IMG/VR virus record: IMGVR_UViG_3300025697_000003
From: a virus
Strand: one strand, 5' to 3'
DNA length: 64,000 nucleotides
Below, in pieces: positions 61,804 to 64,000 of this stretch (positions are counted from its first letter, which is position 1; the number at the start of each line of letters is the position of its first letter). The position numbers and the translations under genes are program-made. The notes below the pieces were generated by a model. It was not told the origin of the DNA. It searched no databases and saw only the letters and a program-made list of their open reading frames with translations.

Positions 61804-63207
61804 ATGGCAACAGCACTAGATAGCGCAGATTATCGAGTTTGGTGGGTAGCTTCGGACTGCACGACAGTAATCGGTGGGATCACCGATGCTGGAGTATTGG
61901 AGACGTTAGCTGGGTTTAATATAGACGTCGATTTTTCAACTGGCAAGGCGATAACAATCGACATAGACGTCCCATTGGCGGCTGACAATTATGTCTATGG
62001 GATCGACAGTGACCTGCAGCAAACGTCGGCCTATGCAGCCGGTACATGGTCTACTAGCGGTGGCATGATCGGTATTCGATCAGACGTAAGGGTCGACTAT
62101 AAAATTACCGATGCTTATGCAGGCTACTTCAACGTATTGATTGACCCTGCGGCGACATGCACGGTAAACGACATGTTCGGTCTATTCGCGCAAGCTCAGT
62201 TGATCGGGCCATTTACAGCCGGTTCTGCTGGGAGTCAAATTGCGGCATTGCGTGGAAGCATTACGAACTCGTGTACAGGGACATACGACGGTCAGGTATT
62301 TGCGTTGTCTCTGGACTACGGTTCTGACATCAACTACGGCAGCACGACTGCGTTGATCTACATGTGGACTCATGGGAACGCATATTGCGACCATGGGATC
62401 TACCTGCAGAACTGGTCTCCGTATATGCAGACAGGCATGACGCTGACGGAGTACAACACGACTTCATCGATGCTTGTTGGAATTGACATTGACGTAAACG
62501 CTATTGGCGCAGATGTCAACTACTTCGGTATCGACAACGATCTAACCCAGCGTAATGTCGCTGCGGGCGGATATCTAAGCCGTGGAAACTTGATCGGTGC
62601 TGCTAACTCTGTTACTTCGATTGGGAATATCGATGCTGTATATGCTACATACTCCTCTTCGACGCTTACGATGGCAGCAGATACTGAGTCTAACCAGCTA
62701 TACGGCGGAATCTTTGCGTCTAATGTTGCTGGTGCTTTCACACTGACACTCCATGACGGAGTGATGGGTGCTCAGTTTGCCGTCGAAATCGATTCTGGTG
62801 TAACTGACGTTACTGGCGGAATTATTGCAGCGGGGTTCTTCTTCCCGAATGCACAGAAGGCTCTTACATCGATCGTATATGGTGGCTACTTCAAGTGTAC
62901 GAACTACACTGACTACGGCGTAGCTGTCATCGTGGAGAGCAACAACATCTCTGCCGGTGTGCAGATTCGCACAAAGGATTCGGCTGTATTGCCGATTGGG
63001 TTGCAGATCACATCGACGTCTGGATCCGTTACGAAGGAGATTGAGCTTACGAGCGGAGTTGGCATCTACACAGGCACAGCAGATCCTAACGGTTCTCTTT
63101 CTGGAGTGGATGGCGATATGTATCTTCGCACAGGCACATCCACGGCAAACACGACGCTTTACGTGTGCCAAGGCACGACCAACTGGTCTGCGCTTGGGAC
63201 TGGCTAG
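61804..63207 (+). CDS. Beta-rich repeat protein, fibre/decoration-like (function unresolved)
   Basis: 467 aa, G/T/S/D/Y-rich with few Lys or Arg. Internal duplication (IDIDV....(D/N)(Y/N).(Y/F)GID(S/N)DL(Q/T)Q). C-terminal GDMYLRTGTSTANTTLYVCQGTTNWSAL fibre-tip-like motif. Confidence 0.5.
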   Translation: MATALDSADYRVWWVASDCTTVIGGITDAGVLETLAGFNIDVDFSTGKAITIDIDVPLAADNYVYGIDSDLQQTSAYAAGTWSTSGGMIGIRSDVRVDYKITDAYAGYFNVLIDPAATCTVNDMFGLFAQAQLIGPFTAGSAGSQIAALRGSITNSCTGTYDGQVFALSLDYGSDINYGSTTALIYMWTHGNAYCDHGIYLQNWSPYMQTGMTLTEYNTTSSMLVGIDIDVNAIGADVNYFGIDNDLTQRNVAAGGYLSRGNLIGAANSVTSIGNIDAVYATYSSSTLTMAADTESNQLYGGIFASNVAGAFTLTLHDGVMGAQFAVEIDSGVTDVTGGIIAAGFFFPNAQKALTSIVYGGYFKCTNYTDYGVAVIVESNNISAGVQIRTKDSAVLPIGLQITSTSGSVTKEIELTSGVGIYTGTADPNGSLSGVDGDMYLRTGTSTANTTLYVCQGTTNWSALGTG

Positions 63208-63215
63208 TAACTAAC

Positions 63216-63248
63216 GGGAGGGGCTTCGGCCTCTCCCTCTATTTGATT
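63216..63248 (+). terminator. Intrinsic terminator with cUUCGg tetraloop
   Basis: GGGAGGGGC-TTCG-GCCTCTCCC (9 bp, 1 G-U pair), followed by TCTATTTGATT. Confidence 0.65.
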
Positions 63249-63294
63249 GACGCGGCATAGGGCCGCACGAAAGAGAGCAGCAAAGGAGCACAGC

Positions 63295-63732
63295 ATGACA
63301 ATGAAAGTGACGTTGACAGATGCACAGCGGATCCAGGCAGCGGCGGCGAAGTTTGTAGGGATTGACCTTCCGGTTAAGACCTCGTACTTGCTGGCGCGAA
63401 CTGTTTTGGAGATCACGACGCATCTACAAGCATTCCAAGAAACGCGAACGAAATTTGCGAAGAAATACTGTGCCCTGGATGAGAAAGGGGATCCGAAGTC
63501 CGAACCGATTGAAGGCGCTCCTGGTCAGGCGAAGCTGTCGTTTAAGACGCCGGCTGACGAAGAAGCATTCGTGGAGAAGATCTCTAAGCTCGGTGAGGAA
63601 GAAGTGGAGCTTACGCTCAGGAACAAGCTGGCTCTTACAGCGTTTGACGATCCGAACACGGAAGACAAGACAGTCATTCCGTGGGATCTGTTGGGCGGCT
63701 TGATGCCGATTCTTGAAGACATAGAGGAGTAA
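63295..63732 (+). CDS. Hypothetical head-module protein
   Basis: AAGGAG lies before ATG 63295. 145 aa, helical and acidic. Confidence 0.5.
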   Translation: MTMKVTLTDAQRIQAAAAKFVGIDLPVKTSYLLARTVLEITTHLQAFQETRTKFAKKYCALDEKGDPKSEPIEGAPGQAKLSFKTPADEEAFVEKISKLGEEEVELTLRNKLALTAFDDPNTEDKTVIPWDLLGGLMPILEDIEE

Positions 63733-63735
63733 GGA

Positions 63736-63870
63736 ATGAAACGAATATGTCCGACCTGCGGAATGGTACAAACAAATCAAACGGATGTTTGTCCGAGATG
63801 TAAAAAGAAGACCGTTTCCAAAGGTCGGCGTATCGTTCAGAAGGGATTAGCTAAAGGGAGGGCGCAGTAA
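63736..63870 (+). CDS. Small zinc-ribbon protein (44 aa)
   Basis: Contains CPTCG...CPRC. AAGGA upstream. Below the track cutoff. Confidence 0.4.
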   Translation: MKRICPTCGMVQTNQTDVCPRCKKKTVSKGRRIVQKGLAKGRAQ

Positions 63871-64000
63871 TGGATAGGAAGGCACTAACAGTAACCGAGA
63901 TTGCGGTGAAGGGAGAGGACGGGCATGTAGTTCTCGACCGCGGCGAGATCACGACTCTGTTGAAAGAAGGGAACGTTGCATCGATGTTCAAGTACGCATT
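63870..64000 (+). CDS. Partial CDS truncated by the window end
   Basis: TAATG overlap. Starts MDRKALTVTEIAVKGEDGHVVLDRGEITTLLKEGNVASMFKYA.... Possibly a protease or scaffold given its position. Confidence 0.4.
   Translation, partial: MDRKALTVTEIAVKGEDGHVVLDRGEITTLLKEGNVASMFKYA

Noticed and set aside
61804-63207. Calling this ORF the major capsid protein, based on its position after the portal and the strong terminator.
   Set aside because: The composition, internal duplication and fibre-tip-like C-terminus argue against an HK97-fold capsid protein. It is left as unresolved and listed as a finding.

Overview
The whole window reads as tailed-phage or prophage DNA. I saw no host housekeeping genes, rRNA, tRNA or CRISPR array. 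All product calls come from motifs I recognised by eye in the supplied translations; no database search was run.

Layout:
- 1-23.9 kb (+): tail module. It holds the tube protein, a chaperone pair with a -1 slippery site, a 1679-aa tape measure, baseplate and fibre genes, then membrane and lipoprotein genes. A WbpB/E/D-like amino-sugar cassette plus a glycosyltransferase is embedded among the tail genes.
- 24-35.4 kb (+): early, recombination and replication genes. These include a SWIM/PD-(D/E)XK nuclease, RecT, an initiator with an internal repeat array, a DnaC-like loader and many small coupled ORFs.
- 35.4-44.4 kb (mostly -): lysogeny and accessory block. It holds an XRE repressor, a minimal tyrosine recombinase, an HTH-HNH protein and a sliding clamp. 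It also contains an island with a proteasome-beta/HslV-like Thr protease, an IS1595 transposase remnant and a TerS-like HTH protein.
- 44.4-44.8 kb: a repeat-dense intergenic switch region.
- 44.8-51.2 kb (+): small-gene arrays driven by a conserved TTGCATCACCT promoter family. They include a divergent ThyX-like protein, Dcd, a Lar-like protein and a Gly-Ser-Tyr repeat protein.
- 51.2-64 kb (+): packaging and head module. It holds RHH proteins, an HNH homing endonuclease, GpA-type TerL, a 6-kb insert of small genes, another HNH and a beta-helix protein, then the portal and a fibre-like protein. Capsid genes presumably lie beyond the window end.

The most unusual items are the phage-borne proteasome-like protease island, the sugar-biosynthesis and glycosyltransferase cassette inside the tail module, and the 44.4-44.8 kb repeat arrays.
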